Below are positions 22,980 through 36,335 of a stretch of DNA of 64,000 nt, one piece after another. Where the stretch lies: NCBI GenBank assembly GCA_030324005.1, contig JARDVH010000073.1, positions 43,499,373 through 43,563,372 on the forward strand. Reading direction: 5' to 3'. Below the pieces are notes generated by a model, which worked only from the letters and a program-made list of their open reading frames with translations, had not been told where the DNA came from and did not search any database. The translations under genes were made by a program, and so were the position numbers. Source of the stretch: Negaprion brevirostris. Lineage: Eukaryota. Position 1 is the stretch's first letter, and each line of letters opens with the position of its first letter.

Positions 22980-25179
22980 TGAATTTTCATGAACAGTGTA
23001 AAATATTACTGCTTTTAGTTTAGTTTTTGTTATTTACAGTAACAATAACAAATTGATCGTAATGAACCTGCTTCTGTCAAGGACATTATGCTCCCTAACT
23101 TCCAATCTCTGAGCGGTCACATCCAGGAGATAGCTCAGAAGTCTCCATATAAGGACTGTACAGGAAGTTCAAAATTCCAATTGGCAATTACTCAGCATTG
23201 GGAATCATTTGAACTCTGATTTAAACTAAGGATTTCAGACTGTTTTACCAGGATGCCACTTAGGAAAAGTTAGAATTAAAACGATTTCTAGCTCCTGAAT
23301 AACAAACTATTGACTGACTGCACTCCTCCAACCCCTCTGCCCCAACCACAACTTCATCACACTCTCCTCCTGACCAACTCTCACCAGCTTGACTGACGCC
23401 CAACCATCTCCACTTACCTCATATACTTACCTTGTCCCTAGCTTCTCAAAGGGCCCCTGTCCTTTCACAAACAGAAAAAGCAGTCCAAACATTGCACATT
23501 TTTCAAATAATATAATTGAATAATAATAATGGGGGCAGCCATTTCTTGATTCATTACCCATGGCAATGCTTTCACCAGTCACAGGTGACCTGCCTGATAA
23601 GAGTTTAACAAAAACTTGGCTGTTAACTGTTTCCTGGTGTCTTCTCCACAACAATCTTGAAGAGAGGAAAGGATAGAAACCTTGAACTTCTCCTCCCAAC
23701 CTCCTGATTGTGATCATCTCTCCCAATTATCTACCTAATATCCGAGTCAGTTTCCCTTGGGTGCCCAGTGACAGCCTTCTGCCACTGAAGTCCTGCTCCT
23801 ATTTCTGTCCAAGTAGGGTTCAAACAGAGTCCAAACTCAAAGAAGGTAATGAGGCTTAAGATTTGAAGTGAACTGAGCTTCATGGTGGCAACATTCCAGA
23901 CGTTTTCTATTTGTCCTGGCCCCACATGTCATATTCCTGCCAGGCATTTGAAATCATTAAGGTGACCATTTCAAGCTCACACTGTAGATTTCTAAGACAC
24001 AGTTATAAGCAAATAATTGCTGCTTGCCACAGAAACTGGGACAGACGATATATAACAAATATATTGGCCAAACTGTTTGTGTATTCAGAATCCATTAGCA
24101 TGTAATAATATTGCTTTGTAGTACAGCCACTACTCTCCTTCACCCTGGTCACTCCTCCTGGCACATCCCTTATCTTCATAGCTTTGATAGGATATGATAA
24201 ACAATTGATTTAATCAGTTACTGCACTATCAGATTCTTTATCATCTGGAAAAACTGCTCACAATTTTCAGGATCATTTTGGAAAGAAAGATACTTCCTGA
24301 CTTCTCTTCTCAACTGCAAACTAGCTGTTTAAAGTACTCCCTTTTTCTCCTCCACCTTCACCTCCAACAATAATTGCGAGGAGTTCATGGACTATTTTGT
24401 CACTAAGATCAAGACCATATGATCAGCCTTCTTTTCCACTTCCGTCTCTTCTCTAGCCCACCAAACTTCCCTCTTGCCTAGGCCTGAACTCACCTGCTTG
24501 TCCAATTTCTCTCCTGATCCTCCTTGTGTCTTCTCTGCACTCATCTTGTCCACAAAAGTCACTTCCAGCTCCCTTGACCCTATTCCCACTGAACTGGTGA
24601 CTGCCCAATTTCCCTTTCTAATCCTGGTATTGGTAATGATTCTTCCTCTGCAAGTATTGTCTTCGTTATTCACCTCCTCAAAAAACAATGTCTGACTCCA
24701 CTGTTCTTGTAAACTAGCTTCCCAGCTCTAGCTCCATTTTCCTTCCAAAGTGTTCAAGCATATTGTCACCTCTGGAATGCCCGTCTTTCCTTAAAAATCT
24801 GTAGGCTGGATTTTATGTTTTTCGACAGTTGGGGAAACAGAAAATAGGAAGAGTAGGCCATTTGGCCCACTCTTTGAATGAAAAATTCCTCCTCACCTCA
24901 GTCTTAAAAGGTTTAACCCTAACCTTGGTCATCCTTACTAGTTACATCACAGGTCATTGACTTGGTGGGATCCTAGTCATCCATACGGAATTTTGCTCAA
25001 TTAGAAATGCTTCACGCTAAGTAGTGATAGATTAGATATTGTCGGGACCATATATTCAAATCTGATCCACAACTCAGCCAACATCCTTACTCGTGATTCT
25101 TTGCAGGAAGGTACAGCAGTAGAAGCAGCTGCCCAAATATTCCCAGTTCTAACTCAGCTGAAGCTACCTATCTTGACAG

Positions 25180-25470
25180 TGGTACTCGAGTGCACAAACG
25201 AGGCTGACACTTCATTGCAGTACCCTCGAAGCATCTGTTTGAGAGATGCCACTTATGAAATGAGGAGTTAACTTGAGTCCCCACCTCCTGTTATGCTCTA
25301 AACTGGGGTGCATAAAAGATGGTGAGACATTTTTTTCTGAAGGCAAACAAGTTCTCCAAGTCTTGACCAACATTTATTCTCCAACAAAGCAGATTAAATG
25401 ACTATATATCTCCCTGCTGTTTGTGAGATCCTGCAGCATACAATGCATTCACACATCAACACACTTGCTG
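25180..25470 (+). mobile_element. Highly decayed DeuSINE-like copy
   Basis: gaggctgacacttcattgcagtacc...cataaaagat...gttctccaagtcttgaccaacatttattc...gcagatta...gctgtttgtgagatcctgc parallels 9553-9935. Confidence 0.5.
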
Positions 25471-26012
25471 CACAGTGATGAGGAAAGGGTTTCTAGATAC
25501 AAGACTCCCAAATAATTTCCAGCATGTGAAAGCGGAAACTGATTGGTCCACTTTCTCCTGTCCCTGCCATCTCAGCTCATCCAATCACATATTAGATGGA
25601 AGGCTTTTTGTCCTGTCCTTACGCCACCTTTTCATGACTGCCATAAAAGAAAATTCTAAACTTGTTCACTGTTGACACCCAAAAAACGCAGTAACAGAAA
25701 AAAATGCCAATTGATAGAGTCGTTAACAAACCCAATAGCTTTTTAATTCTTAACTTCAAGATGGCAGGTAGGCTGCCAATTTCCATGCCGCCTCGCCTTC
25801 CATGTTCTGGATGAGGACACGTTCCACTTCACATCAACTATTGTATGTTTACATGCATGGCAAACAATTTGTGAACATCAAATCCAGCCCCATGTTTGAC
25901 TCACTGTAATCAGGTTTCTGTCTCAGTATTGAAATGGTTCTGATCAAAATCACAAATGACTACCTATGTGACTATGCCAAAGGTAAATCCTCCCTCCTTG
26001 CCCTTCTTGAAT

Positions 26013-26563
26013 TCATAGAACATAGAACATCTACAGCACAAACAGGATCTCCGGCCATCGCTACCTACTAGACTTACCTATAACCCTCCGTCCTATTAAG
26101 TCCCGTGTACTCATCCAGAAGTCTCTTAAAAGACCTCATCAAATTTGCCTCCACCACCACTGACGGCAGCCGATTCACTCACCCACCACCCTCTGAGTGA
26201 AAAACTTACCCCTGACATCTCCTCTGCACCTACCCCCCAGCACCTTAAACCTGTGTCCACTCGAAGCAACCATTTCAACCCTGGGAAAAAGCCTCTGAGA
26301 ATCCACCCGATCTATACCTCTCAACATCTTATACACCCCTCTTATCAGGTCACCTCTCATCCTTCGTCTCTCCAAGGAGAAAAGATCGAGCTCCCTCAAC
26401 CTATCTCATATGGCATGCCACCCAGTCCAGGCAATATCCTTGTAAATCTCCTCTGTACCCTTTCAATAGCTTCCACATCCCTCCTGTAATGAGGTGACCA
26501 AAACTGAGCACAGTACTCCAAGTGGGGTCTGACTAGGGTCTTATAAAGCCGCAGCTTTTGACA
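26013..26563 (-). mobile_element. CR1 LINE 3' fragment
   Basis: ORFs 26396..26821 (LYKTLVRPHLEYCAQFWSPHYRRDVEAIERVQRRFTRILPGL) and 26175..26399 (LDLFSLERRRMRGDLI). (tatgttc)n-type tail. Confidence 0.92.
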
Positions 26564-27404
26564 NNNNNNNNNNCTCCTCCAACACTTTCCACTATTGTTC
26601 AGCCAATTATCTAGCTGATTGTAGCCACCAGTAGCTTTTTTAACTCCTGCAGGGTGTCCCAATGATCTATGCACAGCCCCCTCCTGTTTCCCATCTACAT
26701 GCTGCTTCTCTGCAGAGTTAGTTTCCAAATATATTGTGACAACACCCAACTCCATCTCACCATGAAGATGACTCTGCCACTCGGCAATTGTCACAATTAT
26801 CAGATTGCTTGTTTTGCTCATCTAGCCCTGAATACACAGAAATTTCCTCCATTTAAATATGGCAAAGACTGAAGCTGCTCCCTGACAATCCACTCCTTCT
26901 GTCTCCCTGGCAACTGTGAGATTAATTCAGGTTGATTCACAACTTTGGTGTCATATTTGACCCTCAGATGAGCTTCTGATATTTACTATCACAGTCAACT
27001 TTCACCACTATAACATAGGCTGGTTTTGTCCCAGTATCAGCTCATCTGCTGCTGAAACCCTCACTCATTCCTTCGTTACCTCCAAACTTAACTATCGCAT
27101 TTTAATCCTGGTTGGTTTCTCACTTCCTATCCATGAGGCCCTCCAAATATCTGCTAACCATGTGCTTACTCGTATCTGTACTCGCTGACCTAGATTGGCT
27201 CCTGGTCAAGCAATGTGCTTTTTGCAAAATTCTCGCCCTTATTTTCAAATTTGTCCATGACCCCATCCCTCCCTATCTCTGTATCTCTTCCAGCTCCCTA
27301 AACCTGCATAAATATCTATGCTCATCTAATTCTGGCTTCTTGAGTATCCACAATTTTAATTCTCCACCATTGATGACCCTGCCTTCAGCTGATAAGACCC
27401 ATAA

Positions 27405-28345
27405 AACCAAAGGTGGGGATGTTTGCGGAACATAAGCATCTGTGTCCTAATGCAGCAAGACTTGGACAATATTTAGGCTTGACTGATACATGTCAAATAA
27501 CCATTGTGCCACACAAGTACAAGGCAATGATCATATCCCCCTTGACATTCAAAGGTATTACCATCACTGAAACTCGCATTAACAGCAGCCTAGGGGTTAC
27601 CATTGACCAGAAACTGAATTGGACTAGCCATATAAATATTGTGGCCACAAGACTAGCCCAGAGGCTTGAATGTTACACTGAGTATCTTACTCCTGACACC
27701 ACAAAGTCTGTCCACCATCAATAAGACACAATTTAGGAGTGTGATAGGATATCTCCCACTTGCCTGGATGATTATAGCTCCAACAGCACTCAAGAAGCTC
27801 AATACCATCTAGGACAAAGCAGCCTGCTTGACTGGCATCCCATCTATCACATTCAATATTCATTCTCTACAGCATCTTGCATAGTGTTAGCAGTGTGTAC
27901 CACCTACAAGATGCATAGCAGCAACTCATCATAAATCCTTCCATAGCACCTTCCAAACCCATGACCTCTATCACCTAGAAGAATAAGGATAGCAGATGCA
28001 TGGGAATATAACCATCTGCAAGTTCCCCTCCAAGCCTCACACCATCCTGATTTGGAATTCTTCAACCTTGCCTATGACTGGGATTCTTGAGTCCACTGCA
28101 GTGAATGGAGTTTTGGCTGAGCCAAAAATTCTCTGTTCTTGCTAGCAGTGGTGGAGCATGCAATATTGCAGAACTCCAGCTTCCCTTCCTAACAGCATTG
28201 TGAGTATTCCTACAACACATGGATTGAAACATATGGACTGCAGCAACTTAAGCAGCTCACCACCACATTCTCAAGGTAATGAAGGATGAGCAATAAATGC
28301 TAGCCCATCCAGCAACACACACATTCCACGAACAAATAATTATTT
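27405..28345 (+). mobile_element. Non-LTR LINE family B 3' fragment (CR1/L2 group), with a short MITE inserted at ~28050-28180
   Basis: LGVTIDQKLNWTSHIN (ORF 27413). Tail gcagctcaccaccacattctcaagg...gcaataaatgctagccc is shared with 51100-51940. Confidence 0.75.
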
Positions 28346-28387
28346 TAAAAAAGGAAATGGTAGAAGCATTGAAAAGAAAACTTATCT

Positions 28388-28705
28388 TAGAATAGAATCC
28401 CTACAGTGCAGAATGGGGCCATTCANNNNNNNNNNNNNNNNNNNNNNNNNNNNNNNNNNNNNNNNNNNNNNNNNNNNNNNNNNNCACATATTTACCCTGT
28501 TAATCCCTCTGATACTAAGGGGCAATTTAGCATGGCCAATCAACCTAGCCCACATCCTTGAAATGTGGGAGGAAACCGGAGCACCCAGAGGAAACCCATG
28601 CAGACACGGTGAGAACGTGCAAACTTCACAGTCACCTGAGACTGGTATTGAACCCAGGTCCTTGGCACTGTGAGGCAACAGTGCTACCCATTGTGCCACC
28701 ATGCT
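28388..28705 (-). mobile_element. HE1-like V-SINE (contains gap)
   Basis: Reverse complement of the HE1 head, core and tail. Confidence 0.85.
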
Positions 28706-28719
28706 ACCTTACTGTGCCT

Positions 28720-30150
28720 GACTTTGTTGTAAAAGATGGAAATAACATCCCAGTAATCTTTGTAAATCAAAAGGAGGGTGGAACTTAAAGCAATTACTAT
28801 AAACAGGGAAAGGATACCAAGAAAACTATTCAAACTAAAATCTGACAAGTCCCCTGGACCTGATGGATATCATCTTAAAAGAAATGATTGCTGGGATTGC
28901 ATTGATTGTAATTTTTCAAAATTCACCAGATTTTGGAAAGGTCCTATGTTAGAAAATAATGAATATAACTCCATTATTCAAGAAAGGAGGGAGGCTGAAT
29001 GCAGGAAACAACAAACCAGTTAGCCTAACATCTCTCATAGAAAAATTGCTAAAATCTATTATTAAGCATGTTATTGAGGATACTTAGGAAATCTTAATGC
29101 AATCAGGTAGAGAGATGGAAGTAATATTTGACCAATTTATTAGAGTTATTTGAGTAAGTAAAGAAGCAACGTGAATAAAGGATAACTTGTAGATGTGAGG
29201 TACTTGGATTTTGAAAAGGTGTTTTATAAGGTGCCACATCAAAGGTTGCTATACAGACTAGGAACATACAATATAGGGGGTAATATATTGGCATGGATAG
29301 AGGATTAACTAGCTAACAGGGAACAGAAGTTTGGGGTAACTAGATCATTTTCTGTAATTGTAACTAGTGGAGTGTCACAGTGATCAGTGTTGGAGCTTCA
29401 ACTATTTTACAATCCATATAAATGATTTGGATGAAAGGACTGAATGTATTGCTAAATTTGCTGATGACACAAAGATAGATATGAAAATAACTTGTGAAGA
29501 GGACATAGAAAGTGGACAAAAATGTTGATAGATGGAGCATAACACAGGAAATTTTAACTTATCCATTTTGGCAGAAAGAATAGAAAAGTAGGTTTTTTTA
29601 AATTTAGAGAAATTGCAGATCTCTGTCCTAGTATATGAATCACAAAAGATTAGCTTGCAAGCAAATGGAATGTTGTCATTTATTGCAAAGGGAATGGAAT
29701 ATAAAAGTGGACAAGTCTAGTTACAATTGTACAGGATTTTGATGAGACCACACCTGGAATATTGTGTACAGTTTTGATCTTGTTACTTAGGATGTAATTG
29801 TATTAGAAGTAGTTCAGGTACGGTTCACTCAACTCATTCCTGGGATGAAGGGGTTATCATGTGAGTACAAGTTGGACAGTTGAGGCTGCATCCATTGGAG
29901 ATAGAAGGTCGAGGAAATATTTTATTGAAACATACAAAATCCAAAGGAGACAGGTTGGATACTGAGAGGATCCTGAATGATACTAGAACTGGAAACTTCA
30001 TTTAAAATAAGGTGTGTCCCATCTATGACAGAGATGAGGAGAAATCTTTTTCCGGGGTTCAGTACTCTGGAGCTCTTTCCCAGACACCAGTTGAGGCATG
30101 GTCATTGAATACTTTAAAGGCCAAGTTGGGTAGCTTTTTGTTGGTCTAGA
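28720..30150 (+). mobile_element. CR1 LINE, degenerate RT region
   Basis: KLKSDKSPGPDG (ORF 28778), ttggattttgaaaaggtgttttataaggtgccacat, aaatttgctgatgacacaaag (FADDTK) and agaccacacctggaatattgtgtacag (RPHLEYCVQ). Confidence 0.85.
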
Positions 30151-30189
30151 AGTATTGAAATTTGAAGGCTTGTGTGATCTTTTCCGAAA

Positions 30190-30403
30190 CTGGAACACAA
30201 ATATCTTTTTAAGAGTCTGCAAACTCGATGGGAACTGTAACACTTCTAAGACACTCCTTAAAATTTGCCTCTTTGACAAATTCTTGGCTATCTGCCCTAA
30301 TATCACCTTAAGTGGCTCAATGTTTAATTGTGATTCATAACATACCTTTAAAGTACCTTGGGATATACTATTGTTAATGTCATAATAAATATGTTGTTAT
30401 TGC
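30190..30403 (+). mobile_element. L2 LINE 3' end
   Basis: taagacactccttaaaa...ctctttgacaaa...gtggctc...cctttaaagtaccttggga...ataaatatgttgttattg is an L2-type terminus. Confidence 0.5.
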
Positions 30404-30404
30404 A

Positions 30405-30720
30405 GGATCCAGAGCTTTATAGAGGTGTAGGGTACAAAAGGCAAGGAAGTTATGCTAAACCTTTATAAATTATCAGTTAGACTTTAGCTGGAGTCCTTTG
30501 TTCAGTTCTGGGCATCACAATTCAAGGTGTATGAAGAGGAAGATGCAGAGAAGATGCAACAGAATTACACAAGGGATGAGGCACTTCAGTTATATGGAGT
30601 GACCAAACAAGCTAGGATTATTCACTTAGAACAGAGAAGGTTGCTAGAAGACTTAATGGGGGTTCTCCTAAATTGAAATATTTCAATAAAATTGGAAAAG
30701 AGGAACTGTTTCCACTTCCA
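30405..30720 (+). mobile_element. CR1 LINE fragment
   Basis: ggaagttatgctaaacctttataaa...gttagactttagctggagt...ttcagttctgggca...ttagaacagagaaggttg. Confidence 0.65.
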
Positions 30721-30928
30721 CGGTAATCAGTAAAGCTCCAAGGTCAATTAGCTGAGTCCTAGGTGGTGACCATTATAAAATTAACTTCAGAAAAAGTGGA
30801 ATAGTGTACAAAATAATATTACACATCAAAGTTTTATGCATTTGAGGATGAAACATACTTTTTGTCATTTTCCCCTTCCCTCTCTTTGTTCCAAACTGCT
30901 TAAAAGCATCTTATTCTGAGACATGTCA

Positions 30929-31832
30929 GGGGCGATTCTCCCAAAAAAATTCTAAGTGTCGAATTTGTGTAAAAACTGAAGTAAATCCTGCTGTTTTTTT
31001 CACGTAAATCTCACGAAAGATCAGTGGGCAGGGCCGACCTCCTGCTGGAGAGGCTGGCAGCATAGCTGTCAGTGGCAAGATTGGCGCATGTGCAGTGGTG
31101 CAAGTCTGCCGGCCTTCTGATCATTGGCCAGTTCGATTGCTGGCCAGCCCGACCCACATATTGTTAGCCGTGCAACCCTCCTCCCAACAGGGCTTGATCA
31201 CTGGCCCCCCGACCATGCCTAGGCCAGTCTTGACCACCCCCCCGCCTCCCCCAACCATAATGCTAATCTCCAGATCCAACCCTCCCCCCACCAAACAGGC
31301 AANNNNNNNNNNNNNNNNNNNNNNNNNNNNNNNNNNNNNNNNNNNNNNNNNNNNNNNNNNNNNNNNNNNNNNNNNNNNNNNNNNNNNNNNNNNNNNNNNN
31401 NNCCAGTTCCCTGGACATCAGGACTTTGCCCCTTGGGCAGTGCCAGGGTACCAGGGTACCCAGGGGGCACACACCAGCATCCAACCCTCTGAGGGGCCTC
31501 GATTGCCCCCCTTCACTTCAGTGGGGTCAGGCTGTCAGCTCCCCGCAAGTGGGGAGCTATACTAAACCCTCCTGGAATGAACTACTTTTGGCAGGGGGAG
31601 GGGAGGGAGGATAGCGGCTCTGAGAGACTTCCGTCCTGGGCCCACTAATAATATTACAATTACATTCAAATTAGAAAGATTATGCAGCTCCATATCGATT
31701 TCCAGCATGGAGCTGACAGCACCAGAAATCCGGCTGTCGGTGCCCAGCAGGGAACCTGTGAAACGGCCTCTGCTAGACTCTCCCGGCCCACAGTGCTACA
31801 AAAGCAACAGGGCAGGATGGGAGAATCACCCC
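30929..31832. mobile_element. GC-rich MITE (PIF/Harbinger-like termini)
   Basis: TIRs ggggcgattctccca / tgggagaatcacccc (14/15). The 5' part aaaaattctaagtgtc is shared with 36791. Confidence 0.7.
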
Positions 31833-32222
31833 CACCTTTTCAAATTACCAAATTGGCTTATCAAATTACTGCAAGTAGGAGTAACTTCATGTTCAAAAGT
31901 TGTCAATTATGATTACATCCTTCCTAACAATGTTTAATTTGTACTCATATCTAAAGCTCGTATGAAAGGGGAACAGGAAATGTGTAATTAATGTTGTTCT
32001 TTAGGTTGTTCTCATCATGATTTTGATCAAAAGTTATTTTCAAACTGCTTTTGCTTGAGTTTGGTGCAGTGTTCAGCCCAGCAGCTCCTGACAAACAAGT
32101 CCTGTGTGCTTAACAATAGAACGAATTAAACTTTTTTGATTTGCTAGGGCTAGAGTACTTATTAAACCAACTTAACACATTGCATATACAGAAAAATTAT
32201 TTTTATTTTTTAAAACCTAAAG

Positions 32223-32509
32223 TCATAGAATCATAGAATCCCTACAGTGCAGAAGGAGGCCATTTAGCCCACCAAGACTGCATTGACAACATTCCCACCC
32301 AGGCCCTACCCTTAACTCCATGTCCCTCTGACACTAAAGAGCAATTTAGCATGGCCAATCAACCTAACCTGCACATCTTTGGACTGTGGGAGGAAACCAT
32401 AGCACCCGGAGGAAACCCACATAGACACAGGGAGAACATGCAAACTCCACACAGACAATGACCTGAGGCCAGAATTCAATCCACGTTCCTGGCACCGAGA
32501 GGCAGCAAT
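32223..32509 (-). mobile_element. HE1-like V-SINE
   Basis: Reverse HE1 with a (catagaat)n tail. Confidence 0.85.
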
Positions 32510-32924
32510 TATTAGTTAGGGCACTGGGTGAAAAGTTGCCCTGCTGCCAATAGTACCATGGGAGCTTTTGCCCGAGTGTGCTGTTGTGTTCTCATTGGGC
32601 AGCATGGTGGCACAGTAGTTAGCCTGTCCTACAATTGTACCACCAACTTCTCACGCTACTCAATGTGCACAAGATCATCAACAATCACGGTTCATGCCTA
32701 ACATTCAGACGCTCCACCATAGCCTCATTGTTATGAATGCTTGCAACCTCACACTCAAAGCCTGCAGCTTCTACATATTTCCAAATGCTCAGCTATGGCA
32801 ACACACGTGGATATTATTTTCTTTCTCTTGCTGGTCAAGATAACACATAACTCCCAAGTATGTAGCAGACAATTGATGGGGCTGAATGTCTTTTCTAAAG
32901 GGCTGAATCAGTGCAGAATTACGA

Positions 32925-33236
32925 TATAGAGATTGATAGAATCCCTATAGTGCAGAACATAGAACATAGAACATAGAACATAACAGCAGGAGGCCATTCG
33001 GTCCATCAAGTCTGCACTGATCACAATCCCACCCAGCTCTTAACCCCACAGCTCCATGTATTTACCCTGTTAGTGCCCCTGACACTAAGTGGCAATTTAG
33101 CATGGCCAATCAACCTAATCCGCACATCTTTGGATGGTGGAAGGAAACCCACGCAGACATGGGGGGAATATGCAAACTCCACACAAGCCAGGAATCGAAC
33201 CTGGTGCTGTGAGGCAGCAGTGCTAACCACTGTGAC
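32925..33236 (-). mobile_element. HE1-like V-SINE with a foreign microsatellite in its tail
   Basis: Reverse HE1 with (agaacat)x4 at 32954-32981. Confidence 0.8.
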
Positions 33237-34610
33237 ACTCAGCGTTATGGATTACCATATTTAAGGCCACTGCCTTTGAAGTTGGCACTCTGACCCCTCT
33301 CAGATACTGGCAGGGTATGCATCTAAGAGGGTGCTATAGTTTCAAGTTCTGCAAGTGGTGTATTGCCTGGCATGAATGAGCTGCAGCCGGGCTAGGGCAT
33401 GCAGCAGCTCTGCAGAGGGCAGGATCACAGGCAGATTCTGCTGGAGGGGGCTCAGGTGAAGACTTTATTGGAAGGGCACTGAGGAGACCACGAATAAGCA
33501 GGCACAGCGCAAATTCTGAATTTCCATTGTGCCAGCATCAGAGGCATTATGGAGCTTAATTGGGCTTCCATAGTGTCTTCCTTCTTTAGATAAAGTTTAT
33601 TGTCCATGCCAGTAAGAACAAGGAAAAAAATTAGATATCTTGGTCCCCAAACAAAAGCTTCATATTAAAATTATAATATTGCAAAAGAGGGCAAAGTTAG
33701 GCAAGTTTACACAGAATGTTTGATTACATCGGCTTTAAACAAAGTTGCACTAATCTTGCCTATGCAAACTTTAAAGTTTTACTGCCAACTTGCTCAGTGT
33801 TGTGAACTACCTCCCTCCCTGTCAGAATGCCCTGGTGACTGTTGGGGATGTGTGTGTCAGTGGGGGGTGGAGGGGGGAAGTGTTGGGGTTAGCTACAGAC
33901 ATGTTTGAGCTGTTATATTCATTCAACAAGTGTTGACTATGACTTAGTCGGAACACAGCTGGCAGAGCATTTGTCTGGGTCTACTCAACAAAATTTAAGA
34001 TAAAACTTTACAAAACTCATGGGTCGGCTACGTACTTTTGGGCGACAAACCCCATTTGCGCGAATGTTGAAGCTAAGCTGCCACCTTCTGTCCCATTGAT
34101 GCTGTTAGATGAGCTCATTAACATTTCATCAGCTAGCTTTTTCAGAACAAAGTGACATCAGTGAAAATAAATATATGAGCCAGGATTAATACTGACCAAC
34201 ATATGTGTGTATCCTTGTCAAATATACCTCAACATCTTGATGGAATAGTTGCTCAGCACCAGCAACAAATTACATGCTGAAGTTAAATGAATCTTAAATG
34301 TTTAATTGTGTAACTAATTTTTAAAGAGCAAAACACTTGTATTACAGGGAGCCCATGCAAGTGTTTTAAATATGAGGGGTTACCCTCAGGAGCACAAAGG
34401 TAGAAAACACCTGTTTTAGAACATTAATTAGGCATATGTTCTTAAATGCATTATGTTATTATTTATTTGCAAAGGCTGATTTAACAAGTGGTAAATAGAT
34501 GGACACTAACTTCCTCAAACAGTTAGCATAGTCTGATCTCACAACACAAAGAGAAAAGCAAACAGCTAATTATAACATCAGATTAAATTGCACTACTTTC
34601 CAATATATGT

Positions 34611-34747
34611 AGGGCTGGATTCTCCAACCTCAACTGCAGCTTGGATTCTCCAGTCCTGCTGCAGTGAACAGAGATTTGGCTGAGCGCCAAATTCACCGTT
34701 CTCGTTGGCAGAAGCATGGGGTATGAACGGCCTCAGAATTCCAGCCA
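34611..34747. mobile_element. Short GC-rich MITE (~135 bp family)
   Basis: Ends gggctggattctc / agaattccagcc. Internal gctgcagtgaacagagatttggctgagcgccaaattc is shared with 20747 and 28050. Confidence 0.6.
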
Positions 34748-35542
34748 TAGTACCCAGGTTTGTAACACTGCCAGATTTTGCTTGGCTAATATGGTCTTTT
34801 ATCTTGTTCTCACCTACCATTATTAGAGTTTTAGATTGTTCAAAGGGGAAAAAAAAATAACATTTCAGATAAAAAATCAACAGCCTTTGAAGAGTTTCTG
34901 TTAAGTCCTTAGAAATGATTAGAATTAACAACCAGTGCAATTTCAAGTTGTATTTTTAAAAACCAATGGGATAAATTCACTGGTACTGCGCTCCCAGTAT
35001 TGGCTTCATTCAAACAGAAGTCTGAATCCAAATCAGTGCTATATTATTGTAGTTGTGTGCGCTCCCTTTGAGCATGGTCCCTTGCTGGGTGTGTAGAATC
35101 AGTCAATGCACTCTCCTGGAACATCACTTAAAATTCAACATGCAAAGAAAAATATTTTTTACTTAGTCTAATCCTCCTCATTACCAATCTCTGCTATACC
35201 GTCATTTCATCTTGAATTTATGACAGTATTATGAGGTTTAAGATTTGCACTCAATTGAAACAACAAATCTGGCAATTACACTTCAATTTCCATATCATTA
35301 TAGTAAAAGCTGTACTCTTATGCACGTGCATTCTTACCTCAGAAATGGTCAAATGTATACTACTAACAAAACAAAAGTTAAAATTACATTTTACTAAATT
35401 TCAATTAAGTATTTTGAAACTTTTTGATGTAACCCTGGTTGCAGTCACACTGCAGCTGGTCTAAAACCAAAAGTTTTGCAATGATGTTACAGTCTTTACA
35501 GTTTTTGTTTTCAGAACCTGGTCCTGCTTCCAAATTACACTA

Positions 35543-36335
35543 TGGGGTTAGATTTAATGGTGGCAGGGGAAGTGGGTGATGGTTGCTCATCTACACACAC
35601 ATCAGCCTCCACCTCTGCTATGCCCATTGAAAGAGTTGGCAGGCAGTTGAAGTGTCTGAAAGAAGCCCACCCCTCAGTATAATGCACCACTGGTGGGCTA
35701 AATGAGTAGAGAATGGGACTCAGTGGGAGAAAGCCCTGCCCTCGAGAGCTGCCAGTCAGTCCCATTAGACGGCACTCAGTCCCAGCAGCATCAAAAACTA
35801 GTCATGGATCCTCCTGGGATTGTCAGAAGAACCACAGAAGAAGAGGACGTGAATTCTGGTGAGAAGTAAGTCAAGGTTATTGGACTTGGAGGGATCAGGG
35901 AAGCCAGAGAAGGGTGGTGGTTTGGGAGTTTGAAGCCAGGAAGGCAAGAACAGAGAAGTATAATCATGGTGAGGAGGAGTCCCCCAATGCAGACAAGGCA
36001 CTTTCTAAGGCAGACCACTCTTCTTCCCACATGTTATGGCAGTTTCTTTAAAAAAAAAGGGCCTACCCACTCCCTGTTTGCCTGCCCATTGCCAACCCTA
36101 TGGCATGGGCAGTGTATTATTATGGTTAATAGGTTTGCCGATGAGGTCAGTTGACCATCAATCATTTTAAAATGGGCTGCCAATTTTGGCACTGATATGC
36201 TATGTCACACTGGGTCAGCTCTGGTGTGGGCTGAAGGTGGTGGGCAGAAGGTTGTGGGTTTGCTACCCCTCATATTTTACATGTCCTTTCCCACCAAAAA
36301 TATATCCAAAGAGATGAGCCATAAAATCCACCTCC
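35543..36335. mobile_element. GC-rich MITE-like element
   Basis: Ends ggggttagatttaatgg / ccataaaatccacctc form an imperfect inverted pair around a GC-rich island in AT-rich flanks. Confidence 0.45.

Larger units (their letters stand above)
24310..27390 (+). mobile_element. Fragmented L2 LINE (pieces ~24310-24800, ~25850-26012, ~26574-27390) with nested insertions
   Basis: SSSLDPIPTEL (ORF 24474), ggttctgatcaaaatcacaaatgac and FQIYCDNTQLHL (a YADDTQL-like motif, ORF 26669) occur in collinear RT order. Confidence 0.65.
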
